Part shown: positions 1 through 10,431 of the stretch, piece after piece | Position numbering within the stretch: the stretch's first letter is position 1 | Layout of the letters: the number at the start of each line of letters is the position of its first letter | Source of the DNA: Candidatus Fermentibacteraceae bacterium | GTDB taxonomy: Bacteria > Fermentibacterota > Fermentibacteria > Fermentibacterales > JCC-6 | Assembly (NCBI GenBank): GCA_041750285.1 | Contig: JBGSZS010000016.1 | Span: forward strand, 43,591-107,590 | Direction: 5' to 3' | Length of the DNA: 64,000 nt | Program-made: the position numbers and the translations under genes | Notes under the pieces: generated by a model | The model's input: only the letters and a program-made list of their open reading frames with translations | Told to the model about the DNA's origin: nothing | The model's database searches: none

Positions 1-2060
1 AAGCTTCCGGGAAGGTACTCCCAGCTGAAGAGGACGTTGGCCCAGGTGCGGCGGATCGTCTCGGGAGCCTCGCCGTTCTCCCAGACCTTTTCGAAACGGG
101 AGGTCTGGCCTGTGAGCCTGAGGAGCATGAGGTTGGTGAGCATCCAGGTCGCGGAGAGGTTGAGTGACCTCCAGTCAGTCTCGATGCGATCCCACTCTTC
201 CGCATCCCAGTTGTACCTGGTGGCGGCGTCCTGCGTGCGCCAGGCGGGCTCGATGTCGATCGAGAGAGGTGGGACCGGCCTGAGGAGAAGGCCCGCCGAG
301 TACCTGTCGGTGTGGGAATCGAGGTAGGTGTTGCGGTTGTAGGCCGCCCACCCCGCGACCTGCCTTCTGTAGTCGGTCGAGGCCGAAACCCCGCCATAGA
401 AGCCGCCGGTGTACCACGCCCCTTCCGGCCCCTCGTACCTGTCGAACCAGCGGTCCGTCCAGCCCCCGTTTACGTTGAGGTCGTACCTGTCTACAGTGAC
501 GGCGCCGGTCCAGACATCGACTCCGCTGCCGCAGTTCCTGCCGTCGGCGTCACGGCCCGTGTAAGGGTTGGCGCCCAGCCACGCGCTCTGCAGGAATCCT
601 CCCCGGAAAGTCCTGGAAGCGCTTGTGTAGACCGACCAGAGGGTCTCGCCCGTCGCCTGCTCGTAGCCCATCACGCCCGGGTCGAAGCCTTCGCCCTTCC
701 TCTCGTAGCGGAGGTTGATCTCGAAGTTCTCGGGGAAGTAACCGGCTTCGAGCCTTGCTGCGCCGTTGTCCTGTGTGTCCTGAAAACGGTTCCAGGTCAT
801 TCCCAGCCTGCCCTTCAGGAAGATGTCGGGCAGCGGTGAGACCTCTCCGGTGAAGGCGCCGGAGCGGCCGTAGAGGTAGTCGCCGCCCTTCCGGGCCGGG
901 AAGTCCGCGCTGGTGCCGGAGAACCTCAGCCAGTTGCCCGGCGAGAACTCGTGCAGGAAGGCGCCTGCGGCCCAGGAGCCTGCCGGTTCAACAACTGTGG
1001 TGTCTTCCATGACCCTTCCCGTGACCACCTCGAGGAAACCGTAGCGCGTTCCGCCGTCCACTCCCGTGATCTTGGCGCCCCCGAGGATGGGGATTATCCC
1101 GCCGTTCCAGGCCACCGATCCGATGCTTCGGGAGTAGAACATGTCGAAGGGCATGTCGAAGATGTCGGTCCCCTCCATGAAGAAGGGGCGCCTCTCCGAG
1201 AGCCAGGGCGCCCAGTGGGAGATGCTTCCCTGATCGGCATCGGATTCGACCTGACCGAAGTCGGGGTTCACCGTCAGGTCCATCACCGCATGCATGCTCA
1301 TGGGAACCTTCAGATCGAAGCCGGCGCTTCCCCACAGGTTCTCCCGCCATGGCAGGCCATTGTTGATGTTCAGCCTTCCCGCGCAGAAAGGCCGCCACTC
1401 GATACCCGAAACCCGGGGAAGGTCTGAAAGGCCCGTGAGTTCGCCGAAACACGAGATGTCCATGCCCCCCTGTTCCCTCATCCGGAACAGGTAGCCCCCC
1501 TCGTTGGAGCTGGTGATGGTCCTGCCGAAATTGATGCCCCAGACCTGAATTTCGTCGGGCGTGTACCTGAGCACCGAGAAGGGAATGGCTATCTCGGCGG
1601 TCCACCCCGAGTCGTTCACCGCGACTGCGCTCGACCACACACCATCCCAGTCACGGTCTTCCCCGCCTATCTCCGTCCTGCGGGAGTCGATCTGGGTCCC
1701 CCCCACCGAAACCGAGAACATGAAGCAGTTCGAGTCGTCGTTGAAGGTGTCGAGGTAGACTATCACCCTGTCGGTCGCAAGGTCGACGTCCCTGGAAGCC
1801 ACGGGTCTGGGTATTCCATGCGGGTCCGCATCGTGCATGTGAAGGCCGAAATAGATGGAACTTTCGTCGTAGAGCACCCTGATGTCTGTGGGCCGGGACA
1901 TGGGGCAGTCAACCCTGGGCCGGAAAGCGGTGAAGCACTGGGAAAGCGCTTCGGCAGAGGCCCAGCAGCCGTCATCCAGAATACCGTCGACAACGGGTGG
2001 CGTTTCCGTTCTGATGGCGGTTATTCCGCATACTGCACAAAGAAGCATGTATCCAAACAT
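1..2060 (-). CDS. DUF5916 / CBM9-like (DOMON) domain outer-membrane protein, 3' end runs off the window
   Basis: Not in the ORF track because it has no stop inside the window. Manual translation from ATG 2060 gives MFGYMLLCAVCG...PVVDGILDDGCW...IRVLYDESSIYFG...YLDTFNDD...WDGVWSS...GWTAEIAIPFSVLRY...WGINFGR. The same frame at positions 50-3 reads RTWANVLFSWEYLPGS, typical of the DUF5916 C-terminus. Confidence 0.8.
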   Translation of the reverse strand, partial: MFGYMLLCAVCGITAIRTETPPVVDGILDDGCWASAEALSQCFTAFRPRVDCPMSRPTDIRVLYDESSIYFGLHMHDADPHGIPRPVASRDVDLATDRVIVYLDTFNDDSNCFMFSVSVGGTQIDSRRTEIGGEDRDWDGVWSSAVAVNDSGWTAEIAIPFSVLRYTPDEIQVWGINFGRTITSSNEGGYLFRMREQGGMDISCFGELTGLSDLPRVSGIEWRPFCAGRLNINNGLPWRENLWGSAGFDLKVPMSMHAVMDLTVNPDFGQVESDADQGSISHWAPWLSERRPFFMEGTDIFDMPFDMFYSRSIGSVAWNGGIIPILGGAKITGVDGGTRYGFLEVVTGRVMEDTTVVEPAGSWAAGAFLHEFSPGNWLRFSGTSADFPARKGGDYLYGRSGAFTGEVSPLPDIFLKGRLGMTWNRFQDTQDNGAARLEAGYFPENFEINLRYERKGEGFDPGVMGYEQATGETLWSVYTSASRTFRGGFLQSAWLGANPYTGRDADGRNCGSGVDVWTGAVTVDRYDLNVNGGWTDRWFDRYEGPEGAWYTGGFYGGVSASTDYRRQVAGWAAYNRNTYLDSHTDRYSAGLLLRPVPPLSIDIEPAWRTQDAATRYNWDAEEWDRIETDWRSLNLSATWMLTNLMLLRLTGQTSRFEKVWENGEAPETIRRTWANVLFSWEYLPGS

Positions 2061-2090
2061 TGGTGAAACATTCCCCGGGTTCCGGAATTG

Positions 2091-4565
2091 TCAAGCCTTT
2101 GGGCTTTCAGGCTGGAACGGGTTCTCGCCGAGGGCAGCCCTCAACTCGTCCAGCATCTCATGTGCGCGGTAGGCGTTGCATTCCCCCACCTGCGGGGCAA
2201 GGCTTTCGATGGCCGTTCTGGCGCTTCGAAGGTCACCGGTCATCTTCCAGTGCCAGTATCCCGAAGTTCCCCGGACCGAGCGCCACGGCGAGCCGGTGGA
2301 GTGCTCAAGGAGTGCATCGGGGGTCGCCAGGTCGAGAAGCGCCCTGCAGGCGGCCAGACAGACCCGGGCAGTGTCCGTGTTGGGCTGCTGGTCGAGCCCT
2401 TCACACTCACGGACCGAGTCTTCCAGCGCGGTTGCCGCTTCTTCATACCTGCCGTGGTGCATCAGGAACAGACCGCGGTAAAGCCCGTACAGGCATGCGT
2501 TCCTTTTCCTTCCGGCCCTCTCCGCCATGTCCGAGGCTTCTGAAAGCGAAGCCAGGGCGGCTTCGCAGTCGCCCTTCCTGTCCTGCACCCTGGCGCTCAG
2601 ATAAAGGGCGCTTTCCATGAGCTGGTCGGGTCCCGAACGCCTTACCAGCTCAAGCATGGTCTCGAGGCAGTCCTCGGCGTTGCCGGGTCTGTTCATGTCA
2701 AGGAAGATCCGTGTCATGTTGCCGTAGGTGGCGGCAAGGCGCAGCTGGTCACCGACCTCGGATGCCAGCCGAACCGCTTGCATGAAGGTCTCCAGCGCCT
2801 CTTCATAGCGTCCGTCCATCATCCTTGCCACACCCAGGTTCGCGGCGGCGGTCGTTGCAAGCCTGTGGTTGCCCGTCTTTTCGGCTATCCTGCCAACGCT
2901 TGCGTAACACCGGGCCGCCTCTTCATGCAGGTTCTGCGACGAGGCGATCCCGCCCCTCGTGTTCAGGGCGTAGCAGAGGGCCTCGAGGTTGCCGCTTCGG
3001 GAGGCGGTCCGCATCAGGTCTTCGCAACCCTCCGCCGCGTCCTCCAGCATGCCGGCTTTCCTTAGGCACGATACCCTGAAGATGCTGCAGCTCTCCGCAA
3101 GCCACGTGAAACCGTTGACCGCTGCCTTCGCCCCTGCCGCTTCAGCGGCCGCGAGCGCTTCGTGAAGCATGCCGTGGCGCGCCATGGCCCTGGCCTCGAC
3201 GAGAAGCAGCCTGGTTCGCTGCCTTCTGGTCAGACCGGTTGCCTCAAGCCGTTCGACCTCCGCCCTGACATCTCCCGGTTCGGCGTTCCGGCGAAGAAGG
3301 ATGAGGGAGAGTATGGCAAGCTCCGCCTCCTCGAAGGAATTCATTACACCGCTTGCCCTGCAGTCCTCCAGGGATTCAGCCAGCGCCTTCGCCCGGGGCT
3401 CGTCGCCCATATGGATCAGTACCTCGAGCATCAGAAGCCTGGCCTGAGTCTCGAAAGCGGGCATGGCGCCCGCCGCCGCTTCGAGGGCCTGCTCCATGAA
3501 ACCGCCCTTGAAGAGGTGAATGCTTCTGTTGAGCTGTGCCTTGTGGAACTGGCCGGGACAGTGGGCAGCAACGAGGCTCCACAGATGGGCCGCCCTGGGA
3601 TGGGTTGAACCGGAGGAGCAGGTTGCGGCCTCGAGGTATGCCGACCCGGCGGAAACCTCGTCCCCGCTTCTCAGAAAGAGGTCACCGGCGAGTTTAAGGG
3701 CGCCTGGGCACCCCTTCGCCCTGCCCGAAACGATCCGGGCTGCCCGGGAGTGGAGTTCCTTCGATTCGTCACAGGTCAGTGAATTGAGGAAATGGCTTCT
3801 TGTCGAAGCGTTCACGAACCGTGTAGGTCCCCCCCTGGTCGCGACCCAGATGCCCGACCCGTAAAGCGGGGACGGGTCCTCGTTGCACCCGGAGAGCTCG
3901 GCGGCTTCACGGGGATCGAACATCTGACCGAAGACCGAAGCAGCCTTCACGAGTCCGAGGAGACCCGGGGGTACCGGGAGGGAGCAGGTGCGGTCCTGCC
4001 CCGAGATCCTGACCAGCCTTGCCCGGAACGGGGGTGACCCTTCCCGCATTGCGCCAAGCAGGGGCGGCAGTGCGAGGCTTCGGGGCGCGTTACTCTGGAT
4101 CATTCGGATCAGTTCCAGGGTGAGCGCGCCGGTCCTGCGCAGATCCGCCGCCACCAGGAACGCGGGCATGAACCTTGCAATGGAGTCGAGCAGGCAGCAC
4201 AGCGCTTCAAGGGTTTCCCGCCCGGGAACACCCGTAGAGAGGAATCGGCCGATGGCCTCGCGGTGCCTTTGAAGCCCCGCGGCCGCCTCCATCCCGCCGG
4301 CCCCGCCCCTGATGCCCAGGGAAACCGTCAGGGCCGACCAGGAGTCATGAAACGTGCCGGGATGCCCGGGCGCGCCGAACAACCTCTCCAATCCCGCCCT
4401 GATCCCGTGATCAAGCTGGATGTCGAGCATGTCGGGCCTTCTTCTGCGGACGATGTCGAAAAGCCGTGCAGCTTCTTCAGGGCCAAGCCCGTGAAAAACA
4501 AGGGGCACGGCGCCGCCGTGGTCAAGGTGCGCAAGGGCGATTCCGGGAAGCCTGTCAGGGTTCAT
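2091..4565 (-). CDS. Tetratricopeptide-repeat protein with a degenerate N-terminal STAND-like (AAA_16) region
   Basis: 824-aa ORF with C-terminal TPR-like helices (YALNTRGG, AAANLGVA, ATYGNMTR). The segments PAFLVAADL, KAASVFGQMF and KELHSRAA echo STAND ATPase motifs, but no Walker A is present. Confidence 0.7.
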   Translation of the reverse strand: MNPDRLPGIALAHLDHGGAVPLVFHGLGPEEAARLFDIVRRRRPDMLDIQLDHGIRAGLERLFGAPGHPGTFHDSWSALTVSLGIRGGAGGMEAAAGLQRHREAIGRFLSTGVPGRETLEALCCLLDSIARFMPAFLVAADLRRTGALTLELIRMIQSNAPRSLALPPLLGAMREGSPPFRARLVRISGQDRTCSLPVPPGLLGLVKAASVFGQMFDPREAAELSGCNEDPSPLYGSGIWVATRGGPTRFVNASTRSHFLNSLTCDESKELHSRAARIVSGRAKGCPGALKLAGDLFLRSGDEVSAGSAYLEAATCSSGSTHPRAAHLWSLVAAHCPGQFHKAQLNRSIHLFKGGFMEQALEAAAGAMPAFETQARLLMLEVLIHMGDEPRAKALAESLEDCRASGVMNSFEEAELAILSLILLRRNAEPGDVRAEVERLEATGLTRRQRTRLLLVEARAMARHGMLHEALAAAEAAGAKAAVNGFTWLAESCSIFRVSCLRKAGMLEDAAEGCEDLMRTASRSGNLEALCYALNTRGGIASSQNLHEEAARCYASVGRIAEKTGNHRLATTAAANLGVARMMDGRYEEALETFMQAVRLASEVGDQLRLAATYGNMTRIFLDMNRPGNAEDCLETMLELVRRSGPDQLMESALYLSARVQDRKGDCEAALASLSEASDMAERAGRKRNACLYGLYRGLFLMHHGRYEEAATALEDSVRECEGLDQQPNTDTARVCLAACRALLDLATPDALLEHSTGSPWRSVRGTSGYWHWKMTGDLRSARTAIESLAPQVGECNAYRAHEMLDELRAALGENPFQPESPKA

Positions 4566-4827
4566 CGTACCATGGGGGACGAACCGCCCCGGGGTCTTCG
4601 ATCAGAACCGTTTTCATCCGGGACTGTGCTCCGGAGATGATCACCACGTTGCCGGGCTTCGTGCCGAACTGCCCGGCGAGCCACTCCGTCAGTTCCCTGT
4701 TGGCCCTGCCGTCGACGGGCGGGGCGTTGAGTGTGATGCGTACGGTGCCGTCCGCCATGACCCCGGAAAAGCCGGTCTTCCGGCCACGGGTCACGACCTT
4801 TACGGAAATGACGATCCTGCCGGTCAG
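4555..4827 (-). CDS. DUF167 (YggU/UPF0235) family protein
   Basis: Motifs [16 protein letters not shown] and [14 protein letters not shown]. The start is placed at CTG 4827, which overlaps the Trm112 stop and has GGAG 7 nt upstream; the start is uncertain. Confidence 0.85.
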   Translation of the reverse strand: MTGRIVISVKVVTRGRKTGFSGVMADGTVRITLNAPPVDGRANRELTEWLAGQFGTKPGNVVIISGAQSRMKTVLIEDPGAVRPPWYDEP

Positions 4828-5003
4828 TCCCGTTCTCCCAGTATCCTGGCCTCCTCGATCAGCATCACGGGAATGTCGTCGCGGACAGGGTAGGCCAGTG
4901 CACAGCTCCGGCAAACAAGCTCCTCGGAGGGTGCGGTGATGTACTCGAGCCCGCCCTTGCACTTGGGGCAGGCCAGTATCGAAAGCAGCCTCTCGTCAAC
5001 CAT
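4824..5003 (-). CDS. Trm112 / YcaR (UPF0434) family protein, 59 aa
   Basis: Not in the ORF track. Manual translation: [21 protein letters not shown]...[40 protein letters not shown] lies upstream. Confidence 0.9.
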   Translation of the reverse strand: MVDERLLSILACPKCKGGLEYITAPSEELVCRSCALAYPVRDDIPVMLIEEARILGERD

Positions 5004-5012
5004 GGAACCCTC

Positions 5013-6245
5013 CTATATCACGAAAAGCCCGTTCCTCATCACGGGCACCTCTTCGCCGCCGGGCATCACGCCGAATACGTCAACTTCGGGCGACCCGATC
5101 ATGAAATCCGTGTGGACGAGGCTTGCGTTGCATCCCGTCTCCCTCAGCTGGTCATCGGACATCCCGGTGCCGCCCTTTATGGTGTCGGTGTATCCGTTGC
5201 CCAGAGCGATGTGGCAGGAAGCGTTCTCGTCAAAAAGAATGTTGTGGAACACCCTTCCGCTTGTGTAAAGCGGCGAGTCGACGCCAACGAGGGCCACTTC
5301 CCCAAGGCGGGTCGCACCGGCGTCGGTTTCGAGATACCTGCCCAGTATCTCTCCGTTCTTTCCCGCGCCGAACTCAGTGACGGCTCCGTCCTGGAACTGG
5401 AACCAGGCATCCTCCACCTGCGCACCCAGGACCGTAACCGGTCTGGTGCACGTCACCCGGCCTTCAGTCCTGTCCATGTGGGGCGTGCTGAAAATCTCTT
5501 CTGTGGGAATGTTGGGGAAAAAGCGCGTGCCGTCAGAGGATACGCCGCTTCCGCCGAGGAAGAGCCTGTTGCTTTGCATGCCCACGAAAAGGTCGGTTCC
5601 GGGACCACGGAAACGTATGCCGTCGAAACACTTCCCGTTCATGAACCCCGCTCGCCTCTTGAGGTCTGCGTCGTGGTCGGTCCATGCCCTTACCGGATCG
5701 GGTCTGTCCAGGCGGAGAATGGGTGCGAGCACCTCCCAGATCGCTTCCTCCCAGTTGTCTGCGGTGCCCAGGACCTTGGCCGCCCAGCCGGGCGTGGGCA
5801 TGAGGAAGACGTTCCACGGCATCCTGTTCGAGGCAACCGCCTTCATGAACCCCTGGTATGCTTCGGAACGGGCCTTCTGCATCCTCCCCAGCCTGGCGGG
5901 GTCGACACCCTCCATGACGTCCGGGTTCTCGGGACCGCGCAGGGCAAGGCTTCGCCAGTTGTCCTGCACTATCGTGTCGAGCATGTGCCCCGTGTAACGC
6001 GGCGTATGGTCGAGGAACTCGGGACGGGTCGTCCTGTCGACCCTGATCCTCTCCAGACGGGGATCATCCATCGAGAGCTGCACGTACATCGCTCCCAGAT
6101 CGTAGGCCCTTTCCGCCAGAAGCCCGGCGAACTCCCTGTGGCACGGTTCGGTCCTGATCCAGAGGACCTGCCCCTCCCCGATTCCCAGGGCTCCCCTGAG
6201 TATGACGTCGGCGCACGCCTGGTGATACCTGTCTATCTTCGTCAT
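5013..6245 (-). CDS. Aminopeptidase, peptidase M29 (AmpS/AmpT) family
   Basis: Motifs FPNIPTEEIF, RLGEVALV, LFDENASCHIALG and SLVHTDFMIG. Confidence 0.93.
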   Translation of the reverse strand: MTKIDRYHQACADVILRGALGIGEGQVLWIRTEPCHREFAGLLAERAYDLGAMYVQLSMDDPRLERIRVDRTTRPEFLDHTPRYTGHMLDTIVQDNWRSLALRGPENPDVMEGVDPARLGRMQKARSEAYQGFMKAVASNRMPWNVFLMPTPGWAAKVLGTADNWEEAIWEVLAPILRLDRPDPVRAWTDHDADLKRRAGFMNGKCFDGIRFRGPGTDLFVGMQSNRLFLGGSGVSSDGTRFFPNIPTEEIFSTPHMDRTEGRVTCTRPVTVLGAQVEDAWFQFQDGAVTEFGAGKNGEILGRYLETDAGATRLGEVALVGVDSPLYTSGRVFHNILFDENASCHIALGNGYTDTIKGGTGMSDDQLRETGCNASLVHTDFMIGSPEVDVFGVMPGGEEVPVMRNGLFVI

Positions 6246-6259
6246 TAGCTCTCCCCTGA

Positions 6260-6976
6260 TCAGATGAGACCCAGAAAGTCGACGGCGAGAGCCCTGTAGG
6301 GCTGCCCGCCCGTTTCCAGCAGGTCCATGAACTGAAGGCTAATCCTGACCTGGCCGAAACTCTGCCAGTACACCTCGAAGTTAAGGAAACCTCCGGTATT
6401 GTCGAACCTGTAATCGCTTGCGCCGTTGGTTCCCAGGTCCCAGTCCGCCGCGAGGCCGAAACCGGCAGGCAGGGTCTTGTCCAGCGCCATCCAGCACCCC
6501 AGGTGCTCGGGAGCCTCGAGGGATATGCTGGAACCCAGGTGGAAGGCCGTTTCGCCCAGCGGGTCCGAGAAATTCTTGCTGGCTGCGAGGTAGAAACCCC
6601 GCTCCTGTCGGTGGAACTCGCCGCCACCCCTCGGATGCTCCTCTTCGTTGTCGAAACCCACTGCCAGCGCGGGAAAGGTGCGCCGCTCGTCAAGGAAGCG
6701 GAAACGGGCTTTCAGGTAGAGCTGGTCGAACCAGTCCGGCGTTGACATCCCGGTGACGCTGTACCCTCCGTAGCCTATTCCTGCCATGAGCCTGGGCAGC
6801 ATGCCCGCCTGCAGGGAAAAGGCCAGGTTGTCGGTGGGAAACGTCCGGAGAGAAATGTAAAGCGCTCTCGGGGCGACGACACCCGCCGTGGGTTCGACCA
6901 CGGCGCGTATCAGTTCCGCTCCCCGTACCGCCGGCGCCACGAAGAGCAGGGTCAGAAGCAAAAGAAGGAGTTTCAA
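6260..6976 (-). CDS. Exported beta-barrel-like protein, YjbH-domain-like
   Basis: Signal peptide MKLLLLLLTLLFVAPAVRG and motifs VVEPTAGV, FPALAVGFD and GFYLAASKN. The TTG start overlaps the dnaE stop. Confidence 0.55.
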   Translation of the reverse strand: MKLLLLLLTLLFVAPAVRGAELIRAVVEPTAGVVAPRALYISLRTFPTDNLAFSLQAGMLPRLMAGIGYGGYSVTGMSTPDWFDQLYLKARFRFLDERRTFPALAVGFDNEEEHPRGGGEFHRQERGFYLAASKNFSDPLGETAFHLGSSISLEAPEHLGCWMALDKTLPAGFGLAADWDLGTNGASDYRFDNTGGFLNFEVYWQSFGQVRISLQFMDLLETGGQPYRALAVDFLGLI

Positions 6977-9900
6977 CGCGTCCCACCTCCAAGGTACAAC
7001 GACACAGTGGCGGAGTCCCCGAGAAGCTCCCTCAGACCGGTCAGCAGTTTCCTGTCCGGCTCGACCCGGAGGCTCCTCGACTCACCAACATAAAACCTTC
7101 CCGTCAATCCACAATCCATCTCCACGAACACGGGCATCCTTCCGGGATGTTGCCTCAGGAGGTCAAGCATCCTGCCGAAGAGGGGGTTCGATACACCGTC
7201 GCCCGTCACCCTCACCCTCACCCTGACCCCGGAGAGTCTGCGCAGTTCATCGAGCGGGTCGATGCGTTCAACACAGAACCTTGCCTCGCCGCGGCCGTTC
7301 TGAACCCTGCCCTGAATGAGAAGCGGTTTTCCGGACTCGAGCCGTGAACAGCACCTCTCGAGGGCATCGGCCCATATCGTGGCCTCACACGAATCGGAAA
7401 CCCCGGAAAGGGTCACGAAGGCCATCCTGCCCCGGGGGGAATCGCGGTACTTCACGGCGTCCACGGTCGCGGCCACTGCTGCCATCTGGGCTCCCCGGTA
7501 CTGCATGACTGTTCCGGGGGTATGGGTGGCGTAGGCCTTGATCTCCTCGGCGTATTCATCGAGCGGGTGACCCGTGAGGTAGAAACCCAGAAGCTCCTTC
7601 TCCGCCCTAAGCATCTCATCCCTGGGCATCTCTTCCATGTCGGGAAGGGGCGGGGCAACCGGTTCCGCGCTGGGTGTCAGCCCGAAAAGCGACATCTGAC
7701 CGGCTTCCCGGTGTTTCCTGCTGGCAGAAGCGTAGGTCAGCACCTTGTCCACCGATGCAAGAAGGGCCGACCTGGTCCCGGGCAGGCAATCAAGTGCTCC
7801 GGCGCTGATCAGGGATTCGATCACCTTCTTGTTCAGCCCGTTCTCGACCCTGTCGGCGAGGTCGTGTATTCCCTTGAAAACCCCACCCTCGCGTCTGGCG
7901 GCGACGATCTCGGCCGCTGGGTTCTCCCCGACGTTCTTGATGGCCTTAAGGGCATAGACGATCCTTCCCTGACGGTCAACATCGAAGGCCACGAGGCTGT
8001 CGTTGACCGAAGGCGGTCGTATCGTGAGACCCATCCTGCCGGCCTCGGACATGAGCGCGGCGAGCCTTTCGGTGCTGGATATCTCGCTGGACAGCGTTGC
8101 GGCCATGAACTCGGCTGGGTGATGCGCCTTGAGATAGGCCGTCCAGTAGGCGATGATGGCGTAGCATACCGAATGGGACTTGTTGAAGCCGTACTCGCCG
8201 AACCTCCTTATATGGTCGAAGATCTCGCGGGCCTTCCTCTCGGAGATGCCCCGGGACCGGGCTCCGCTGATGAATGCCTCGCCGAAGGATTCCATCTCCT
8301 CGGCGTTTTTCTTGCTTATTGCCCGCCTGAGGCTGTCCGCTTCGGCCATGCTCATGCCGGCGAACCGGTTGGCGATGTCCATGACCTGCTCCTGGTAGAC
8401 TATCACGCCGTGGGTCTCGCCGAGGATCTCCTGCAGCTCGGGAATGGTGTCTTTGACGGGTCTTCCGTCCGACGCCCTTTTCTTGTTCTCGGCGTAGGCG
8501 TCGATCATGTGCATCGACCCGGGTCTGAAGATCGCCACCGCGGCGGTCACGTCATCGAACCTGTCCACCCCGATCTTGCGCAGCGCATCGCGCATCCCCG
8601 GGCTTTCCAGCTGAAAGACGCCTGCGGTCTCGACACGGTTCAGGAGATCAAGTGTCCCGGTGTCGTCGAGCGGGACCTTCTCGATGTCGAAGTCGGGCAG
8701 GGTGCGGCGGATCATCTCCTGTGCATGATGCAGGACCGTCACGGTTCTCAGCCCCAGCACATCCAGCTTCATCAGGCCGATCTTTTCGGCCGACTTCATT
8801 TCGAACTGGGTGGTGAGCCCCTTCTCCCGGGAGAAACACAGGGGAACGAAGTCCGTCAGGTCTCCGGGTGTGATGACCACTCCCGCGGCGTGAACGCCCA
8901 TGTGTCTCGCGACACCGGAAAGCTCGTCGCAGTAGCGGAAGAGGGTTGCGACACCGGGATCGGCTTCGATCTCCTGCTGGAGCCCCGGGACCTGACGGGC
9001 CACTGCCTCGAGGGATGTGTCCTGCTCGGGGGCGGTTGCCACGAGTTTCGACAGCCGGTCACCGGTTTCGTAGGGCATGCCCATCACCCTGGCCACGTCA
9101 CGGACGGCTGCCCTGTTCTTCATCCTGTTGAATGAGACGATCTGGCAGACCCGGTTCTGCCCGTACTTCTCCACTATGTGCGCTATCACTTCGCCGCGGC
9201 GCTCGTAGCAAACGTCCATATCGATGTCGGGCATCTGTTTCCGGGCCGGGTTCAGGAACCGTTCGAAGCTGAGGCCGTAGTTCAGCGGATTCACGTCGGT
9301 AATGCCGATCGCCCAGGAGACAAGGCTGCCCGCGGCGCTTCCCCTTCCCGGACCCAGAGGGATCCCCTGCTTGCGGGCCCAGCGGGCAAGTTCCGACACG
9401 ATCAGGAAGTACCCCGGGAAACCCATGCTGCCAACAACATTGAGTTCGTACTCGAGCCTCTCGGTCTCGGGGCCTTCGGGATCGCGTCCGAGCCTCTCCC
9501 TGAGGCCGTTGACCGCAAGACACCTCAGGTGGCTGTTGAGGCTCTCCTCTCCCGGGGGAAGGGGGAAATCGGGCAGCAGAAAGCCTCCCTTGGAGAAGCT
9601 GAAGCTGCACTGCTCGGCAATGGCGACGGTGTTCGTCACCGCTTCGGGGATCCAGGAGAAGAGCAGGGCCATCTCATCCGGCGTCTTCACATAGAATTCG
9701 GTGGTCCCGAACCTCATCCGGCCGGGATCACTGAGGGTCTTCTTGGTCTGAAGGCAGAGCAGGACCTCATGAACCTCGGCGTGTTCACGCTTCAGGTAAT
9801 GTGCATCGTTCGTGGCGACGGGAAGGGCGCCCGTCTCCCGGGCGATCTCCGCGAGGCCGGCCAGTATGTTCTTCTCCTCCGCAAGACCGTGGTCCATGAG

Positions 9901-10431
9901 TTCGATGAAGAACCGGTCCCTTCCCACCAGGTCCTGGTAGAAACGGACGGTTTCTATCGCTTCGGCCTTTCTGCCGCGGGTGAGATGAAAGGCGACCTCC
10001 CCCTGGAGACATGCTGAACCAATGACAAGCCCCCGATGGTACTGTGCAAGTATCTCGCGGTCGATCCGGGGCTTCCGGTAGAAACCCTCGGTCCAACCAA
10101 GGCTCGAGAGCCTGCAGAGGTTCCTGTAGCCCTCCTCGTCAGCCGCCAGAAGTGTCAGGTGACGGATGCCCTCGCCGGATTCGTCCGTTCTGTCGTGGCG
10201 GCTGCCCGGGGTGATGTAGGCCTCCATGCCCACGATGGGCGTCACCCCGTGGTTCTTCATCACATCGGAGAAGTGAACGGCGCCATAGAGGCTTCCGTGA
10301 TCGGTGACGGCCACCGTGTCCATGCCGCTTTCCCGGAGGAAAGGCCCGAGCTTCTCGAACCTTATTGCGCCGTCGAGAAGGCTGTACTCCGAATGGAGGT
10401 GAAGGTGAACGAACCGGGGCGAGTCACTCAT
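6973..10431 (-). CDS. dnaE: DNA polymerase III alpha subunit
   Basis: PHP motif HLHLHSEYSLLDG, GRGSAAGSLV, MPDIDMD, KLDVLGL and YGFNKSH; 1152 aa with no intein-sized insertion. Confidence 0.98.
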   Translation of the reverse strand: MSDSPRFVHLHLHSEYSLLDGAIRFEKLGPFLRESGMDTVAVTDHGSLYGAVHFSDVMKNHGVTPIVGMEAYITPGSRHDRTDESGEGIRHLTLLAADEEGYRNLCRLSSLGWTEGFYRKPRIDREILAQYHRGLVIGSACLQGEVAFHLTRGRKAEAIETVRFYQDLVGRDRFFIELMDHGLAEEKNILAGLAEIARETGALPVATNDAHYLKREHAEVHEVLLCLQTKKTLSDPGRMRFGTTEFYVKTPDEMALLFSWIPEAVTNTVAIAEQCSFSFSKGGFLLPDFPLPPGEESLNSHLRCLAVNGLRERLGRDPEGPETERLEYELNVVGSMGFPGYFLIVSELARWARKQGIPLGPGRGSAAGSLVSWAIGITDVNPLNYGLSFERFLNPARKQMPDIDMDVCYERRGEVIAHIVEKYGQNRVCQIVSFNRMKNRAAVRDVARVMGMPYETGDRLSKLVATAPEQDTSLEAVARQVPGLQQEIEADPGVATLFRYCDELSGVARHMGVHAAGVVITPGDLTDFVPLCFSREKGLTTQFEMKSAEKIGLMKLDVLGLRTVTVLHHAQEMIRRTLPDFDIEKVPLDDTGTLDLLNRVETAGVFQLESPGMRDALRKIGVDRFDDVTAAVAIFRPGSMHMIDAYAENKKRASDGRPVKDTIPELQEILGETHGVIVYQEQVMDIANRFAGMSMAEADSLRRAISKKNAEEMESFGEAFISGARSRGISERKAREIFDHIRRFGEYGFNKSHSVCYAIIAYWTAYLKAHHPAEFMAATLSSEISSTERLAALMSEAGRMGLTIRPPSVNDSLVAFDVDRQGRIVYALKAIKNVGENPAAEIVAARREGGVFKGIHDLADRVENGLNKKVIESLISAGALDCLPGTRSALLASVDKVLTYASASRKHREAGQMSLFGLTPSAEPVAPPLPDMEEMPRDEMLRAEKELLGFYLTGHPLDEYAEEIKAYATHTPGTVMQYRGAQMAAVAATVDAVKYRDSPRGRMAFVTLSGVSDSCEATIWADALERCCSRLESGKPLLIQGRVQNGRGEARFCVERIDPLDELRRLSGVRVRVRVTGDGVSNPLFGRMLDLLRQHPGRMPVFVEMDCGLTGRFYVGESRSLRVEPDRKLLTGLRELLGDSATVSLYLGGGTR

